From: Paecilomyces variotii
Lineage: Eukaryota
Reading direction: 5' to 3' (one strand)
NCBI GenBank assembly: GCA_004022145.1
Contig: RCNU01000002.1
DNA length: 64,000 nucleotides
Made by a program: the position numbers and the translations under genes
In this document: positions 45,197 through 59,773 of the stretch, piece by piece
Numbering within the stretch: the stretch's first letter is position 1
Layout of the letters: each line of letters begins with the position of its first letter
The notes under the pieces: generated by a model
What the model saw: only the letters and a program-made list of their open reading frames with translations
Told to the model about the DNA's origin: nothing
Database searches by the model: none

Positions 45197-48100
45197 CTAG
45201 TCATCATCCGAATCGTAATCATCATCCATGAGCAAGGACCGATAGCCTCTCGAAGCTAGGTTCTCCTCAAGACCGCCATCGGACTCAGGATCGGCGTAAC
45301 CTGGATGGAGGTCAGCATTGCAAGGGGCAGGGAATTTGGACATAGCCACGACTCAAACTTACCTTCACCGCCAAAATAACTGAGGGCAACTGGCAAGAAA
45401 ACAAGGGCATGAAGAGCCGCAAAAATGACAAGTGCGAGCCACACACGGAAGTAGTAAATCTCAAAGATCTTGCTGCGGGTAAACGCGAGGACGAAGACTC
45501 CCAGAAGCTTCGTGATCGTGACACCCGTAAAGACACTGCCTCCAACGTTGACCATTGCCGTCCACGCACGAGCGTCCTTGCCGCGGAACTTGGTCGGTAC
45601 CTTATCCATGATGCTGCGCGAAGGGAACATAAAAGCTCGCGCAATATGTGCGCAGAACTCGACACCAATGCCCACACAGATGATCAGATTGACAAGGGAG
45701 ACAGCATTCAGAGAGACACCGGCAACAGCCATGGTTCCTATGATATCTACCACAATCATAACCACGGTAACGCTGACCACGGCCCCAGTTGCTACCGAGC
45801 CGAGAAGGACAGAGGTCACGAGGAATATAATAGCAACCGCAGAGCCAAGCAACGCGCCAGTCAAACGGATGATTGAGGCGTACTGGTCAAAAAAGATATA
45901 GAACTTCGAGTACGGGAACACATCGATGTTATGCTCTTGAGATATGTCGTTCGCAATACGCCGTGCCGCCGCATAAGCATTGATAAAGTCTTCTTGGCTT
46001 CGAAGAGGCGTATGGCTCGTCCGGAAATGGCTGGCATTGATCATCACATGCTCCGAATCGATCACCACTGCGTTTCCGTATGCCGCTTTGCCTCCGAGGG
46101 GACAATCGGCGTCTGTTGGTGATTGGATCCACTTCTCCGCGTAGTGAACGAACTCATTGCCTTCCGGCATACCGTATAGAGAGATGTTCCACGGCGGCTG
46201 GCGATTCTCAAAGCAGAGTTCGTCATCCTCCACACAACATTGTTGTTGGGGGTTCAGCCAGTAAAAGAAGTCATCGATCCAGCTGGCTGCCGATCCAGAA
46301 ATATAAGACACATTAGGGCGCTTGGATTCCTGCTCCAGCACGAATGCAAGCGAGTACTCCTCACAGCTCGTAAACCGCCCGCATAGTTGCTGCTGGTGGG
46401 CTCTCTCAGTGACGTTGACGTTGCGGGTCACAAAATACACTGGAGGTCCAGTACCAAAGTATGCGTATAAATCGTTGAAATATTGAATCAGGTAGGAGTC
46501 ACTGGGAATTGCAATCCGCTGATCAAGTCCGAGTGCAACCTCCGGGATAAGAGCCAGACCGGCAGTGAAAAGCCCCAGGAACACAATCACAATAGCCACC
46601 TTAACCCTGCGGCCGAGGAGATGAGGCGCGTATACTCTGCGAATGAACTTCTGCAGGAAGCTCTCCTCTTCCTGGTCATCATATACTTGATTTTCAGGCA
46701 TGCCGGACGAGTTGGCCTTGCGAACTGTAAGACACGGGATGCAGTCCGCACGGAGGCTCTCAACTCTGCGCTGGTTGAGCGCCAGTACAGATATGAACAT
46801 GGTGATCTGCAGGATTGCATTGATGAAGACGGCACCAGCGGCATAGGCTGCAAAGTTTTTGACGGCAGGCATGCCGACGAACGCTCCTAGGGCGAAGGCA
46901 GCTGTCTCTGTAGTGGCAGAGAGCAGGATGCTGGGTCCCATCCTGCCCACTGCCCGAGCAATACGCTCATCGATCTCTTCATCCGGGTGCGTCACATTGA
47001 TCCGCTCAAACTCGTGCACGATCAGGAAAATGTTGTCGACACCAACGGCAAGAACAAGGAATGGGATCACTTCTGCGATGATCAAAGTGACCTTGATGCC
47101 GGCCGCAGAAAACAGTCCAACTGAAGCAGACACGGACATGAGCACAATAAGAATACCGACAATGCCCAAGGTAAACTTGGACTGGACAAGAGCGTTGGCA
47201 GGGTTTGTGAGCAATGACTTCCAAGTGACAGTGACGGAGCCAAGAGCCATGGACACATAGATAAACATGATCACGTAGCTGATAACCACGATCTTTGCGT
47301 CGGTGTTGGTCGATTTGTTCAACTCCTGTCCAAGACTGACCTCCGTGTTGAAAGACACCCGCAGGCCACGCTCCTTTGCTTCTTCTTGGACATCCTGGAG
47401 CAGACCCTTGAGACTGTTTTCCCAGTCAATAGCACGGGCTTCTCCCTCTGTGCCTTGAGCATGGTTGTTCAAGACCCATGTAACGACAAGTGCTTGTGCA
47501 TCAAGTGGATTGCCGGTCTTCTCGTAGCCGCCCAAAATCATGTCGGGTTTGAGGGGCTGCTGGAACTCAGGAAGGCAGGTAACATCGCCAGGAGACTCGG
47601 TGCAGTGCTCCAGCCGATCTCTCCAGGAACTCGGGTCTAGATTGCCACCAAAGTAACCGGTCACAGACTGGACCACGCAAGCATCCCCTGTGGGCTTGAA
47701 GCAGACATCATCCAACGACAACTGCTCCTTCGGGGAGATCATGCGTCGCGCCCGGCTCTCAACGTCGACCCACCAACTGAGGGTCTCGTAGCTCAGGACA
47801 GGACCGGGGCCAGTGGCAGAAGTGTCGTTGACGAGGAACGCTTGCTCTGCGCGGTAGAACGGACCGAAGTTGGTATCGAAGTATTCCTTCTCCAGCGCAG
47901 CTGCAGAAGATGGACTGACCCATAACCGTACGGGATCAGTTTCAACAGTGAACCACAGCCAGCCCAGACTGAGCAAGGCCACAACCAATGTGCTGGCGGA
48001 AATCGTAAGAGCGGGGAACCGAGCGCAGAAGCCTCCTAGTCTGCTGAACGCAACGTCGAAGACGCTGTTCAGTTTATATGGACGAACAGGCTGCTCCAAG

Positions 48101-49181
48101 TAACCACCGTTCCGCACAATCTCGCCCTCGTCCTCGTCTTCATCAGGAGACGGGTCCTGAAGGAGTCGCACGCGCTCAGGCTTGCGGTATCTCCGCTCCC
48201 TGAACGTGACATAGCTGGAGACGGCAACAACCAGTAATATAAATACGGAATAAATCAGAATAACGGCAAATGACAAGCATGGCAGTAGACCGACTTTGCA
48301 GTACTCTTGTTCCGCGACCTTGGGCAGTTCCGGACAGACCTCTGGGCAGTCCACGCAGGAGCAGCGGAACGCCGGATCGGAGTCATTGCACGCCTTCGGT
48401 TTGATGTCCAGTGGCCTCATACCGTAGTCCTCAGGACCACTGGGCTGTGTCTCGTAGTTGATCTGGAAGGGGCTACCCAGTAGCTTCTTGTCGCCCAGGA
48501 ACTTCATGAATTGCGTGTAGTTTTTGGCACCGCCTCCGATAAAGTCAATGGCTTTTCCACCAGACGCTCCGTTCTTTACATTCTTGCAACTGTCATAAAA
48601 CCCGCTCTGGTATTCCTCTGACCATAGGTTCTCAAGTTCGGTGACCAGGTATTTGCCCGCACTATTCTTCTCGACCTGGGTCACGTTGACAAAGAGCGAT
48701 TGGTCCGGAGAGCAGGTGAACGTGCAGAAGGTGCTGAAGAAGTTTTCGCGACACGCTGGACAAGATGCAATGATTCCTTCTGCCAGTTTCAGATTCTTTC
48801 CTAATGCGTCGACCTAGAGCCAGTGGTCTGTCAGCACAAGGAATTAAATGCGCGTAAAAGCTCCTTCCTGGAGAATCGCGCAGTATGAGGATGATAGAAA
48901 GGAGAGGATAGTCTCACCTGCTCTTCCTTGCAGCATACAGGACCTTCTTTCCACTTGTCTCCGCAGAGACCGACCAGCTTCGTCCGGACACTCTCTTCTG
49001 GTTCTGCAGCAAGCCCATTGTCTGGACACGGCAGTTCTCCACCAAAAAAGGACTTCTTTCCGCAATGACCTCGAATCGCACAGCGACCAGGTTCATGTCT
49101 CTTTGTTACTCCTTGGCCCAAGGCAGCAGGCAACAAGGCCGCTAGACCGAGGATGCCGAAGGAGAGCTCTAATCCGCGCAT
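45197..49181 (-). CDS. ncr1: Niemann-Pick C1-like sterol transporter (Patched/SSD family), 3 exons
   Basis: Signal peptide, Cys-rich NTD (CAIRGHCGKKS, CPACRENFFSTFCTFTCSPDQS), ETDPVRLWV, SSD EVIPFLVLAVGVDNIFLIV, GIGVEFCAHIARAF. Confidence 0.96.
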
Positions 49182-49821
49182 CCTGGCGAGATCGCGAGCT
49201 GGTCAATCTGACCAGTGTCTCGAATCGACAGCTTATCACTTCACCAGCAGCGTCGAATAGCTCTCTGGATCGGTAGTCATTAAGGAACAAGACAGGGCGT
49301 AGAGAAGCGGTGACGTAGTGGGTGAGTTGGACGCCGATCGGATCTTTCCGAGATAAGTAGAGGACCACAGCTCTGACGGGGGGGAGTCTCAGCGAGCGCG
49401 ATCAATAGCTGAAAACCAACGTCAATAAAGGAAACGAAAGAGAAGAGCAAACCGAATAATACAATCCGATCAGATGGATGATAAGAGCATCGAATATGGG
49501 AGCCAAGCAGGAGTGGTCCGGCACGAGTACGTAAGCGGAGGCAGCCACGGTTGGGCGCGGGGGAGAACTGGCGCTAAAGCCAGGAACGGCGCATGGTGTG
49601 TTTCGTTATTTACTGCGATATAATAATAGGTAATTAATCCTATCTTACGAGCATTGAGATCTCACCCATTAGGTGTTGGATATTGGATAGGAAGCTTGAA
49701 ACTTTCATTATTCTCAGCAAAGCTAAACCAAATAGACACCGCAATTCCATCCAGCCCCGTCCAGCTCCACGCCAAAAGCCACGGGAAATACTACATACCC
49801 AGTACTATATATATCATAGCC

Positions 49822-51120
49822 CTATTTCCCATCAACCTTTCTCTTCTTCCTCGCCGGAGCCTTTCCCTGAGCCCGCGGCAGAAATTCCTCCGCGTACACC
49901 TTGAAGAAATCCGGCGGTTCCTGCGGATGATCACCCGTGACGTCGTGGAAGGCAGTGGTGGAGATGTAGTTGGTCTTGCCTTCGCGGACGAGAGAGTAGT
50001 ATTCAAGCAGGTATTGGATTTCCGCCTCGTCGCTGTCGGATTGCGCGTGGAGGACTTTCTTGGCTTGTTCTCTAAAAGGAGCGATGATTTTCCATTTTAG
50101 TATTTGAATTTTATTATTCCAAAAAAGACGATCAAGTAGTAGAGGGTAGACAACATACTCGGAGATATCTTCAAATTTGAGATCGGATCCAAGTGCCTTA
50201 CTCGCAGCGGCGGCGAGTTCATCACCAGCGGTAAGCATTGGTCCTGTTGTTGATAGGTTAGTGAGAACGAATGCACATCTCGTGAGCAAATTACACACCC
50301 GTCATGATCATAAGCTGGCCTCTATGCTTATCGCTAAAGCCATGTTTACCCTTACCGCATAAGACATGAGCGGCGAGGAGGGCAACATCCTATCTGTGTC
50401 AGCAAAACAGATCACTCTTAAGATAAATATAGTTCCAAGGAACTTACACCCAACGCCACAGGCGCGAATTTATGATTCTTCCCAATCGGAATAGGAAGTT
50501 TCCCTTCCTTCTGAGCCTGAGGTGCATAAAGCAGAAGATTCTCAGCATAGAAACCGGCTCTACATTCAACCAGTCAGTAACAAAAAAACTCCATTACAGC
50601 AGCATGTGTTTTCAGAAAGGCAAAAAGGGGAGAAGAAAAAGAAAACACACCGAATAATAACCGGCGAATGACCCGTAGCCGTCCCCGGATCCCCTTTACT
50701 CGCCATGAACAGCGTTTCCAAATCAATAAACTCTCTCAATCTCGGCTGCTTCTCCCTCTCTGCAAGGTCACACCCCGCGGAACTGATAAACAACACATTC
50801 GGAATCCCCGCCTGCTTCGCCGCATTGATGAGCTCTGTCGTAGTTTGGATCTTCTCCTTATGCGCCGAAGGGACCAGACAGAGCGTATCAGCTTTCGTAT
50901 CCTGCAGCGTTTTCACTATCTCTTTCAGTTTCCCAGGCTTATGCTCGACGATGGTCGCGCCTAGATCTTGTAGATCTTTGCAATGGTCATGGGACGTGTT
51001 CATCGCTAGGCCCGTCACGGTGCCGATTTCCTTCTGGAAGTTTTCGTCTGTGAGAAGGAGCTCCGCGATGAGGAAGCCCGTATAGCCCTCAGCGGCGGTG
51101 ACGCATACATTGCGCGACAT
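49822..51120 (-). CDS. NmrA-like NAD(P)-binding Rossmann-fold protein, 5 exons
   Basis: MSRNVCVTAAEGYTGFLIAELL, INAAKQAGIPNVLFISSAG, VIIR/AGFYAENLL, FAPVALG/DVA, TG/PMLTAGDELA; introns join in frame. Confidence 0.8.
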
Positions 51121-52635
51121 GGTGGCGGCAGCAGATTCTTCCTCTTCGTTGTGATGGTAGCGGAGAAGAATGCTATCGATAACAGAATCGCAGGACTTCC
51201 GGAGAGACGACGAGTGATAGATCCTGGACTCGCGGGGTATGCATCTGTCCGTCATAATATAAGGAAGTCAAGTCTTCCCCCGCTCCTCTTCCAATAGATC
51301 ATTGTATGGTAGGATCTGGGTCACGTTGCCTGCGTCATCCTGCCATAATGGAAGGGTCACAGATGAAAGTAACAGAACAGGGATTAGGTTGATGAGAGAA
51401 AAAAAAAAGTTGTATTCCTGCAACGTCAGAATTGGACGAGGGGAGTTCACTGGGGCTGCGTGGCCATGGTAGCTCCTTTTGTGCCTGTTTCCTTGCACGA
51501 TTTGGTTGGGAAAGGGGCGAGACGAGCTGCAATCGTACACTGAGACACTCAATACAATACCTCGAGAGTCAATCATTAACGAAGAAATGATTCCGAAGAC
51601 GGGTTGCTCTTGAATTTCTTCCAGCGAAGTGTAACTGTAGTAATGGGCAAAGCTCAGGCCAATTCTTCCCGGCCATTGGCCAGTTTGCCTGTGTTCCAGA
51701 TCGTCGTCGATGTGCACTGGCGTCAGTCATAGGACATAGCTAACTTGGCGATCCGTCATTGCAACGGCCATATTATGTGCTTATATCTACGTCACGAGGG
51801 CGAAACTTTTAGACGAGAGCAGGAAAGACGCATGTTAAATGGCCAGCATCGAACGGGCATCAAATCGCTGATAGAAAAATACCCCAAAGTACTAACTATA
51901 CTACTTAGAACAGACCCTTAGCTGAGAGTTGAATTAGAACAATAACAACTGTAGTCGAACGGGCCCGCACTAAGAATGCAGGAACCGAAGCTGGCTCAAA
52001 GAATGCAGCCATTAGTACATACATATTTCCGTACACCTCTCCTCATCCACGTGTATCACGCTTATTCCGCGTGTTAGCGATCGTATCTTCTCAAATCATC
52101 AATAGATACCGTGGATTTCATAGTACTCGTAAAAGAAATAGACGAGGGAATAAAGATAAATCTCTGGTCGAAATTGAAAACCAGACGTGACCATCTCGTA
52201 TGACGTTGCGTCCTGTCGGTGTGGACACTGGCTCGGGGAGATACTGTCTCCGCGTGGTCACGTCCTCCTGGATAATGCAGACAAGAGAACAAACGGAACA
52301 ATCGGGAATATAGAAGAAATCAACAATTCGATATCGAAACCGCCTGACTGCCCAAGTCGTTTGAGCATCCCGGTTACACACGCCTGTCCCGATGTCCCCC
52401 CAGCCAGCCTTGATATGCATTTCTTTTATATCCTTGCGCTTTTATTCGACGTAAAACTGAGCCGGTTTCGCCCTTTTTCGCCGTGAATCCAGAAAGTGAG
52501 CAAAATCCAATACACGAGAACACCGCTGTATCAAATGGTAGCGAGCTTGAAAGAAGACCGTGAGAACTAAGCACCACATCCGCGTGGTAGATTCGCGGGC
52601 GAGCTCTTCACAAGGCACATATTTCTGCCGGAATT

Positions 52636-54697
52636 CTAGTTCACGCGTCCCATGATATCTTCCACATCCCTCTGATTTACAACCACACCACCTTCGGAAC
52701 ACCGTGCCTTGGTCCGTAGCTCTGTACAGAGAGAATCGACATCAATTTCGCCACTGCGGAACTTCTCCATGGATTGTAGGCGATCCCTATACATAGTTAG
52801 TAAAAAGACAGGGCAACATCAATTTGAAAGGAAGAAAAGTGAAGGGAGAGAAACATACCATATCTTGGTGCAAGTCATCATCTGTGATTTATCCTCACCG
52901 GGAACAACCTCGTCGTCATCATCTAGCTTGTTATCGATATCCGATATGAGATCTTTCTTGGGGCCCAGTGCAGGCGGACTGGTGACGTCGGGGAAGTTGT
53001 GGAACGGACTGCCCAGGTCGGGCAGCGGGAAAGCGTCATTGAAAAAGTTGCCAAAGTCCTGGGACAGAATCGCCTCCTGCGGATCCCGGTAGTCACCGAA
53101 CAAGACTGGATCGAACTGGCCACCGTTCTGTTGACTGAGCCAGTCGAGTCCAAGAGGCTGCTGGTCTTTAGAGGGTTGAGATTGGCCTGGCGTACGCGAC
53201 AAGCGATTAGTTCCATTCATCGCTGGAGGTATGGGGTTCTTGATATTTCCGCACGCCAGGCCAAGCTTTTCGCAGAAGGATTTCTCACCGTCAATGGTGC
53301 CGCACTGGTCCTCCGTCGGTTGTCCCTGCTCATTCAGCTTTCCTACCGGGGGAGAATTCGAACCCGGCTCCGGCGAGGTCCCGCCGGACGACAAAAGGCG
53401 ACCCTGATGAGATTCTGATGATGAGTAGGGAGAATCTGAATTAGACACGGTGGAGCTGACGGGCGCCTGGCCCTGCGAGCCGACCGTATTCTGTTTCGGG
53501 GCAGCGGTGCTAGCAGCAGGATTATTGCTCCGCACCGCACCCGAGGCATAAGTGCCCTTCATATTCATACTGGAATCATTCCCTGTACGACGTGCGCCGT
53601 TCAGCTTGTCAGTGGCTGTCTTCCCAGGGGCCGTGGACGGCTGAGCGGGCGACCCGAATTTTGGAGAAGCTCCGCTGATACTTGCTGACCCCAGAGAGTC
53701 TCTACCTAGGACTCCTGGTGCAGTGCGGAATTCTGATGCTGGCCCTGCTGCAGAGCCATTTTCTTTAGCCACGTTCGGGTTAGCCTTGGCTAACGAACCG
53801 TTATTAAAGATATGCGCACCCGGCAGATCACCGAACTTGGGGAAATCAAAATAGAAGTCGTTGTTGCTTATTCCGGAGAGATTCCTGAAATGTGTGTTCT
53901 GGATGGCTTGCATGGGCGAATAGCCATTCCCACTCGTGATCCAGGACAGTCGCTTACGGTATTCCCTCAGTTCCACCTGCAAGCGCTCCACCTGCGCACG
54001 CAGGAGTCCATTTTCATGGTTGGTGGCCTCTGAAGCCTTCTCGAGGCTTTCTACCTTGGTTTCCAGGTCCTTTAGATGCTTTTCCTTGCGCTCGCGGAAC
54101 GCTCGCTGGGCGGCACGATTCTGAGCCTTGCGCTTCTACGGGATTGTTAGTTTAGTCAAGACCACGACACGTCAAGGCAGACAGCATGGTGAAGGAAGTG
54201 CTCACAGAGGTCGGCTCGGATGTGAGGGGCTTCCTGCCCGGCTTCTTCGCGGACTTCTCATCACTCTCACGTCGTTTCTTGCCCGCTTCCTCGGGCTCCG
54301 ATTTCCCATCCATGCTCTTTCTCTTCTCTCGATGCTCTTGCTCCTCAGGGGAGACGGAATCCGGTAGATCGCCGATCAATTGATCGGCGCCTTGAAAATC
54401 GAAATCGACATCCGGGTCAAAGTCGAGGAAGGGGCTCTCCTCGAAGCCCAACTGGCCGGAGCCGATGGTTTCCTGACCGGGAGATTCGAAGAGCGTGGGT
54501 GGCATGGTGAAATGGTTGGAGTGTGGCTGCTGGGGACTCGTCGTGTCCGGCTCCCGCTTGGGCTGCACGCCGTCCGTGGGGGCGTTCTTGTCCTGCTTCT
54601 GCGATGGGTTATTCGAATGGAGGGCAGCCAGCAACAGGTCTTGCTGGCCGGGAGAGAGATAAAGGTTCTGCTGATAGAGAGTGTTGTAATCGGCCAT
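52636..54697 (-). CDS. yap1: AP-1-like bZIP oxidative-stress transcription factor, 3 exons
   Basis: KKPGRKPLTSEPTS/KRKAQNRAAQRAFRERKEKHLKDLETKV bZIP; n-CRD CGTIDGEKSFCEKLGLACG; c-CRD CTKIW/DRLQSMEKFRSGEIDVDSLCTELRTKARCSEGG. Confidence 0.96.
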
Positions 54698-56916
54698 CGC
54701 TCAGTCACTTTGGGGCAGAGAAATGACTCGATTGATTTGGATCCCTCGCGCGCCGGGATCTGACTAATCGATCCAGACCAAGGATTCGCGCAACGTCGAC
54801 GATAAATTTGGAAGGCAGCTCGTGCTGTGAACTGTCTGTATCTATGGGGACGGGCCTCCCGCCCGTTCTGATCGTGATGGACTGCTCTGAAGCGTGTGGG
54901 AGGTCAGTGCTGGGTGTGTTGAGGGCGAAGGCGTGAATCACTGATGCACCAGCGGGCGGCACTCAGGAGATTTCTTCGTGGCAATTGGGAGTGTGGTTGA
55001 GGACTGAACTTCGGCTCTCCGTGAAGAGCCTGGGATGGATTCGAACTGAATGCGGTCAACACCAAGACCAAGGGTGACAGCCGTCCGCAACGAGCGAGAG
55101 AGCTGGTGGGAGAGGGTGAAATTCAGGCAGAGAAGCGTCGACACCTTCTGGTCGATGACGAACGATCTGGATCGCCTCGCCAAGATGGCGGGGGCGGCGG
55201 TGTATGGTGTATGGTGTATGGGTATCGGCTTGAGACCGGAGGCAGCAGCTGGCCAGAAGCCACTGCAAGGAGGGACGACAGTTCCGGATCCGCAGAGCTG
55301 GTTGAGCCACTGGGCCGAAGTGTGTGATGAATCAGGTAGATAGTAGTAGTCAAAGAGAGATGGGAATAATTAAGCGGAGGATTGGAGGCGAGCAGAGAAT
55401 AATGAAGAGTTCTATGGTAGAATGCAATCGTACCAGATGGAGAGAGAGAGAGGGGTGTGGCCCCCGGAACGATGGACAGCCAGACTTTCGAATCGGGATA
55501 GACTACTACTACCTAACTTACAGAGGCAATCCGCAGCCCGTTGCTTCTAGTCTAGTATAAGAGGACTGGCTATTATCTATTATTACTGCTGGGGAAACCT
55601 GCAAGCAATGTTCCAGTCTAGCCGTGCAGACCACAATCATATTCATACCATTACCGTAGATAGAGAGAATAATAGAAATTGAATCCAGTCTCTCCTATCT
55701 TTTCTTCCTGTGAGAAGCGAGAAAAGAAAAAAAGAGGCGAACCAGACAGCCAAAAGCGGCATGGAGAGTCGGTCGGTTATTCTTCCGAAGCCAATCAGCA
55801 CGAAAGGGGGAAAGCGCACACGGTCACATTTGTCAGCGGCTCCGGCGGGCTTTTTAGGGCGGCATTCAATCATTCGAGAGTACCAGAGAGTCAGAGACTC
55901 ACTGAAAGATTAGGTTAAATTCAATTAATATTAAAAGGATCATTAGACTAGCTCATAAAATTAGTTCGTTCGTCGCTCCCCTTCTGTGTTCTTCTAGGGG
56001 AAAATCATCGTTGGTTTTCTTTTTTTTCCTCGCATCTGCTGCTCTTCAACCCAATCAGACACCAGCCGGGTCTAACGTTTGATAACCCCGGCTATCCCCG
56101 GCTGGCCGAGTGCGATCCTAATCTTATTGCCTACATTCTTCATGAACTCAAGTCTACGTGAAAATCAGTTAATTAACTCCGTTCACTCATGAGAAAAGAA
56201 AAAAAAAAGTGAGAGACGACCCGAAAGTGAAATAACAATAATCATAATAGCCACCATATGGTCTTCATCCCGCTATCACTTGTTCCGCCCTTCTGGATGA
56301 CCGCGATGCGATGGAGCGGGAGCGTCGATCTGGAATCTCCTAGTCTATCTAGTAGTGGCAACCAGTGCTTCTTCAAACCAGTTGACCCCCTTTGGCCCTT
56401 TTGGAGTATCTAGGCCGTTACCGAGTGACGTGAGCTCGTCGCTGAGTAGTCTCCGCGCTGATCCCCCCGATATCGAAGGTTCACATCCATCCATCTATCC
56501 GTATATCTCCCTGTAATAAACTCTGGGAGCAGTTCCGACTCACGGATGTAAACCCGTATAGAGTATACAATATATAGTATAATCATAACTGTGTTCCGTA
56601 GAGTAGAATCAATGAGCTAAATAATAATAAGAAGAATAACTGATCGAGAACGTCCTCAACGGTCTCCCCGCAGCGGCGGATCGCGGGACGGAGAGACCAC
56701 GTGACCGCTACCTATCGCGACGTCGCGTGTCCCAAAGAGGAATCCGTCCTCCACAGCCCAAGCCCATCGCCTTCCTCCACGTCCCCCCGCACACCCGGTC
56801 CTCTTATCGCATCATTGTCGCTGTTTGAATCCCCGTAGGGAAACGGGGAGTTTTGTTTCATCATAATTTAATTCCAGCCCCGTATTGGTCTTCCTTCCTG
56901 ACCAGGACAGACAGCC

Positions 56917-57959
56917 ATGGCGGATGTGGCGGCCCTCGAGGCCGAGGTGAAGGAGTTCAAATTGCAGGTATGCCAAAACAATTCTCTACTCTATCCCTCT
57001 AAAACCTAGGAATATCCACAGACAAGACATGGGAACTGACCATCCGCACAGCTCGAAACCGTGCAATCGAGCTTACAGGTAGACCCCGAGAATGCGGAAT
57101 TGCAGAGCCTAAAGGCTGAGCTTGAAGAATTCATAACTCTCACCGAAACCTCCATCGCGGAGCTCAAGCCTCCCCCTCCGCCGACTGCGACCCGGAAATC
57201 TCCCCCGCCCGCGCCCAAGGAGAAATGGTCCAAGGAGAACCACCCCGCATACCAAGCTGGGTATCGCAGGCCCGCCGTGGAGTCTCCAGCGGAGGAAGCT
57301 CCCTCAACGCCTGCAACGTTCTCCGTCAATGACAATGTGCTTGCCCGCTGGGTGTCGGGCGATAATTCTTTCTACCCCGCCAGGATCACCTCCGTCACCG
57401 GTTCCTCCAGCAACCCCGTATATATTGTCTCCTTCAAGTCCTACGGGACCACGGAGACGCTGACCGCTAGAGATATCAAGCCGATTTCCAGCACCAGTGA
57501 CTCGCGCAAGCGCAAGGCTGATGGAATCCCAGGGACTCCGTCTCCTCCCACAGTGGCCGCCAACTCGAGCGTCATCTCAGCCGCGGCTGATATCAATCCG
57601 GCCCTGGCCAACCAGGCCCGCAAGGAACCCAACAAGATTGGCGAAGGTCCTGCCCGGCCGGCCAAGGTTCCCAAAAAGGTGAAAGCGAACCGCGAGCTCG
57701 AAGAAGGCAAGATGAAGTGGAAGGACTTTGCCAGCAAAGCCAAACTTGGACGGCCCGGAAAGAAGGAGAGTATGTTCCGAACGCCAGAGGGAATCAACGC
57801 TCGAGGTATGTCTTGTCTACTATTTCCGCTCTGGTTCCGGATCACATTGACTGATTGGTTTCTTCAACAGTTGGCTTCACAGGCTCCGGTCAGCAGATGC
57901 GCAAGGATCCCGGACGCAGTCGTCATATCTACCAACAAGCGGACGAGGATAACTACTGA
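56917..57959 (+). CDS. spf30: Splicing factor Spf30/SMNDC1 (Tudor domain), 3 exons
   Basis: EVKEFKLQ/LETVQSSLQVDPENAELQSLKAELEEFI; Tudor VLARWVSGDNSFYPARIT...VSFKSYG; C-terminal KWKDF...KESMFRTPEGINAR/VGFTGSGQQM. Confidence 0.92.
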
Positions 57960-59773
57960 TTGCTCGTTCGGTGTTCAGCCTCCTAACTACTTATGATCTG
58001 TTTCCATCACGCACTGACGATCTTTCGGCGTTTTCAAAACCTGCCTTGCACACTTTCTATTCATATTGGTTCATGTCTTTGTTGAAAACGAAAAGAAAGG
58101 CTCCAAGGTTGTTCCATTTGCAATGGCTAACTGGGGTTGGCGCGCACAGATATTCATAGTCTACTCTCGAGTCAAAAAGGGGGTAAACATCATCCTTTTA
58201 TTGGGTAATATAGAAGAAAATGGAATGGGAGGGCTATCGGTAACTGTTCTGCTTCTGATTCCCATCTATTTAATTGATATTGCACTCTTTCTGATACACA
58301 CCTGTCTGATGAAGATCCACTTGTCTAGTCTAGTCAACAGTCTGCTCGATCGGGGAGGCGAGAAAAGCATATCGTTTTCGAGATCCGTCCATTGTCCTGT
58401 AAACCGGGCTGGCAGCAATGTCATAGTGTAGAGAACATGTAACACTCTCCCCGCCCAGAACGCGGTCATATCTCCATGGGGAATTCTCCGCTAGTACATA
58501 CATACAATCAACGTAACATTATATATGTTTTTATTTATCATATAAAGTCGAACAGCCAGAAAAGAAAAAAAAAAACAATAACTGAACGCAATTTCTTCTT
58601 CTGTTCTCCCTTTCTAGCTTGATGTAGCGGGAACAATTCAAGTTGAAAGGAAAAATAAATCCGCATAACTAACTAGTAACTGAGCTTATATACACCAACA
58701 TCAAGACCCCTCTGAAGCCGTGTTCTCCAAGCCATTTATAGGATTTACGCAGTAAATCGCAGAAGGCCATCTGCAGATGATAGTCGGTTTCCTATCTATC
58801 CTCCTAGATGGGAAATTGGGATAGTGAAACGGACTCTTGAGAGAGATTTATTACGGATATCGCTACAATATTCTCTGCCATGCTCAATATATTTGACCTG
58901 CTAAGATCATTTATTTCGTGGTTTTATCCCAAGATTATTACTCTACACTACATATCTTATTACTAGTTCAACGCTGGACAGGTGGGCGGCAAGGTAGGAA
59001 AACCCCCCACAAGGATGAAGAAAGCATAACGAGAAAGAAAGGGAAGAAATAGAAAAAAGAACTAAGGTGTAAAGGGTATCGCTATTGGCGCCTCCCACAC
59101 GGAGATGGAATTAAGTACAACACAACACTTCATCAGGCACCTCTCTCCCCTCGCTCTCGTCAACATCGTCTCATCATCGGCCCGGTGCAAGCGGACGGCG
59201 AAAGAGACCAAAGTAAAATAGTGTAAAGAAAACAGTAATAGAACGAAGACAAGCAAGCGAGATTCGCCTGCCAATCCCGCAAATCATCACGTCGTCTTTC
59301 GTCCCCCCGCGTAGCTCCTATTTCCTTTGCCCGGCACTTCTCATCATCCCCCTAAGTCTTGTTCAAAAAAGAATCTCCACGGACGGCAACCGTCACCAAA
59401 GGTAGCAACGGCCTAACAAACACTTTTTTTCTCCACGCAAAGGGAAATGAAGGTGATAAAGTACAGGAAAGGTAGAAGTAGCTGAAGGAAAAAAGTGAGG
59501 AACACTGCGTAAGCCTACGAGACGTTGGACATTACAGGTCCGGACCTCCTTAGGCGCAGACAAGGACCCTCAAACAAATAGGGCAAAAGGTTCTAAAAAA
59601 AAGGGAAATGAAGTAGGAGAGAAAAAAGAAGAAAAATACATATCTCGCTCGGAAAAACATGTGATAAGAAAAATCACACGAAGGAAATTGGGGGACTAGT
59701 GGAAAAGGGGCACACTTTTATCGGATGACATAGCGGACGAAAGCTAAAGGGCACAATGACCTTAGCAAACGCT

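Noticed and set aside
59133-59347. RTGATGA and CTGA words on the minus strand resembling C/D boxes
   Set aside because: Box spacing (45 nt or over 150 nt) is unsuitable, no terminal stem or rRNA guide seen; likely 3' UTR sequence.
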